DNA of 64,000 bases from positions 160,001 through 224,000 of the forward strand of contig CAWBKB010000005.1 of assembly GCA_963789265.1 (NCBI GenBank), in the 5' to 3' direction. Shown here piece after piece: positions 62,666 to 64,000 of the stretch. The notes beneath the pieces were generated by a model. It did not search any database. It was given only the letters and a program-made list of their open reading frames with translations, and was not told where the DNA came from. A program made the position numbers and the translations under genes. Each line of letters begins with the position of its first letter. Position 1 is the first letter of the stretch. The stretch is from an uncultured delta proteobacterium. Its GTDB lineage: Bacteria > Desulfobacterota > Desulfomonilia > Desulfomonilales > Desulfomonilaceae.

Positions 62666-62936
62666 ATAGTCGGCCAGTCTGGCCAGAGGGATATTCTCGC
62701 CCAGCAGCAACTCCATACCTCTGTCAACAAAGAAATCCTGATGTCGAAACAATGGACTTCGGCCCGAAAGCGCATCCAGGATCATCGCTAGCACCACCCT
62801 GCCAGGTCTGACTTCCATATCGCAGGCAACCAAGTGGTCAATCTCTTCCACCGAGACCGATCCTGCAGGCGTAAGCGGAAACGACGGGGAGAAACCTCGC
62901 GTCCGTAATCTGAAAACCAACCTCTTCCGAACTCAT
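62666..62936 (-). mobile_element. IS1634-family transposase 5' remnant
   Basis: RBS GAGGAGG, MSSEEVGFQ..ARFLPVVSAY..RIGL|VEEID.LV..MEV.PGRVVLAMILDALSGRSPLFR...ELLLGE; frameshifted and truncated. Confidence 0.7.
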
Positions 62937-63202
62937 GGGAACCTCCTCAAAAAGGCCCCCCTCGTCCTATCACAGAAAACGTCTCCTCGTGCAAGCTGTA
63001 ACATATTGATATTATCATGCGACCCAAATGAAAATAATCCGAATCTGGAGCCCACTGCTGCCGAACGCAAGATTTATCATCAGCGCATTGTTCTTGTCTT
63101 TTCCCTTCTCGGAAAACCCGTTGGAGTAGACGGAGTAGCGGACGACACAGAAATTGTTTATCCAAAAGAGTTTACCAAATAAATCGCTTCCTACGCAATG
63201 CT

Positions 63203-63592
63203 TTAGAGCAGAACAGCGATAAAGGCAAAGAGGCCGATGAGCAGTAGCAATATCGCCACAATCAGGGTGATAGGACGGAAATCGCCGTACTGAAACTGCT
63301 GTTTCTCAACTCTTTTGAGAATACGAAAGTGTTGCACAACCGCTGAAATCAAGCCAAGAATCCCCAGGGCTATGAAAGCGCTGCCAAAAACCCTGGCGCT
63401 GTGTAATGGGTCGTGAATTCTATCCGGCCGAACCATCTGCACATAGTCAAGGACTTTACTGATGCCGAATCCGAAGCCTATCAACGCAAGCGACGTCCTG
63501 ATCCACGCCAGAAGAGTTCGATCAGCAGCCTCTCGAGTGCGCTCTTTGGCCAGTTCAGTCGATATGTCGGAGCTTGTTGGCTTGTCTGACAT
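63203..63592 (-). CDS. DUF202/YidH-family membrane protein
   Basis: LAKERT..AADRTLLAWIRTSLALIGFGF; three TM segments. Confidence 0.88.
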   Translation of the reverse strand: MSDKPTSSDISTELAKERTREAADRTLLAWIRTSLALIGFGFGISKVLDYVQMVRPDRIHDPLHSARVFGSAFIALGILGLISAVVQHFRILKRVEKQQFQYGDFRPITLIVAILLLLIGLFAFIAVLL

Positions 63593-63756
63593 TGCTTTCT
63601 CCACGTAACCTATCGCATCATAAGTTAAACACGATTAGTGTGAGCCCCTCCACCCCAGTTGCCGGAGAGGGGTGCAATTGTCTTCAGTGAATCCGTTCCA
63701 TTCAGGTTCTTTCACAACATGATACTCACAGAAGTGAGACACGCCCGATCATATTC

Positions 63757-64000
63757 TCACGGCACAACCGCCGGCAAAGCCCCAAGCGTCTGCAAACTCT
63801 TGATGATGAACTCCGTAGCCAGCATGGCCTGGAGCACGGCCATGATCCACCCGATCACCTGCAGAATTGAAGCAGGGAAGTGCTTGAGCAATGCATCGGA
63901 ACACCAAAACGTAATCAGGTTCAGCACCATGATCACGAACAATAGCACAATAGTAATGACCTCCTGAAGGGAATCGCCTTTTGCGATGGCCACCAGGGCC
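63757..64000 (-). CDS. MarC-family membrane protein, C-terminal part (runs off the window)
   Basis: LQVIGWIMAVLQAMLATEFII resembles the MarC C-terminus. Confidence 0.65.
   Translation of the reverse strand, partial: ALVAIAKGDSLQEVITIVLLFVIMVLNLITFWCSDALLKHFPASILQVIGWIMAVLQAMLATEFIIKSLQTLGALPAVVP

Overview
Chromosomal-looking window from an anaerobic Desulfobacterota-type bacterium (Desulfomonile-like by gene content; this is inference). Housekeeping genes: ctpA-type protease, tilS, tatD, tatA, holA, ald and tRNA-Arg(CCG). Redox and catabolic genes: an SfrAB-like NADPH oxidoreductase, a 2-hydroxyacyl-CoA dehydratase pair, hydantoinase A/B, PaaK, a FadH-like reductase and a crotonase. There are also many two-component proteins and a small toxin-antitoxin islet beside the tRNA. 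About eight genes carry single-base +1 frameshifts, most likely sequencing or assembly indels. Main items worth a second look: (1) a 1494-aa protein with PPDK ATP-grasp and phospho-His domains but no pyruvate-binding barrel, overlapping a MshEN-like/GAF sigma-54 activator gene; (2) a GIY-YIG nuclease gene framed by two ~75-bp palindromic repeats inside a TIR-bounded element, with an apparent gene-less derivative 41 kb away; (3) nested repeats, with MITEs inserted in REP hairpins and a ~15-19-bp mini-palindrome inserted in several REP families; (4) a B12-radical SAM enzyme fused to a trigger-factor-type FKBP domain and TPR-like helices; (5) a 6S-like structured RNA candidate between tatA and holA. 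All calls come from motif recognition by eye; no database searches were run.
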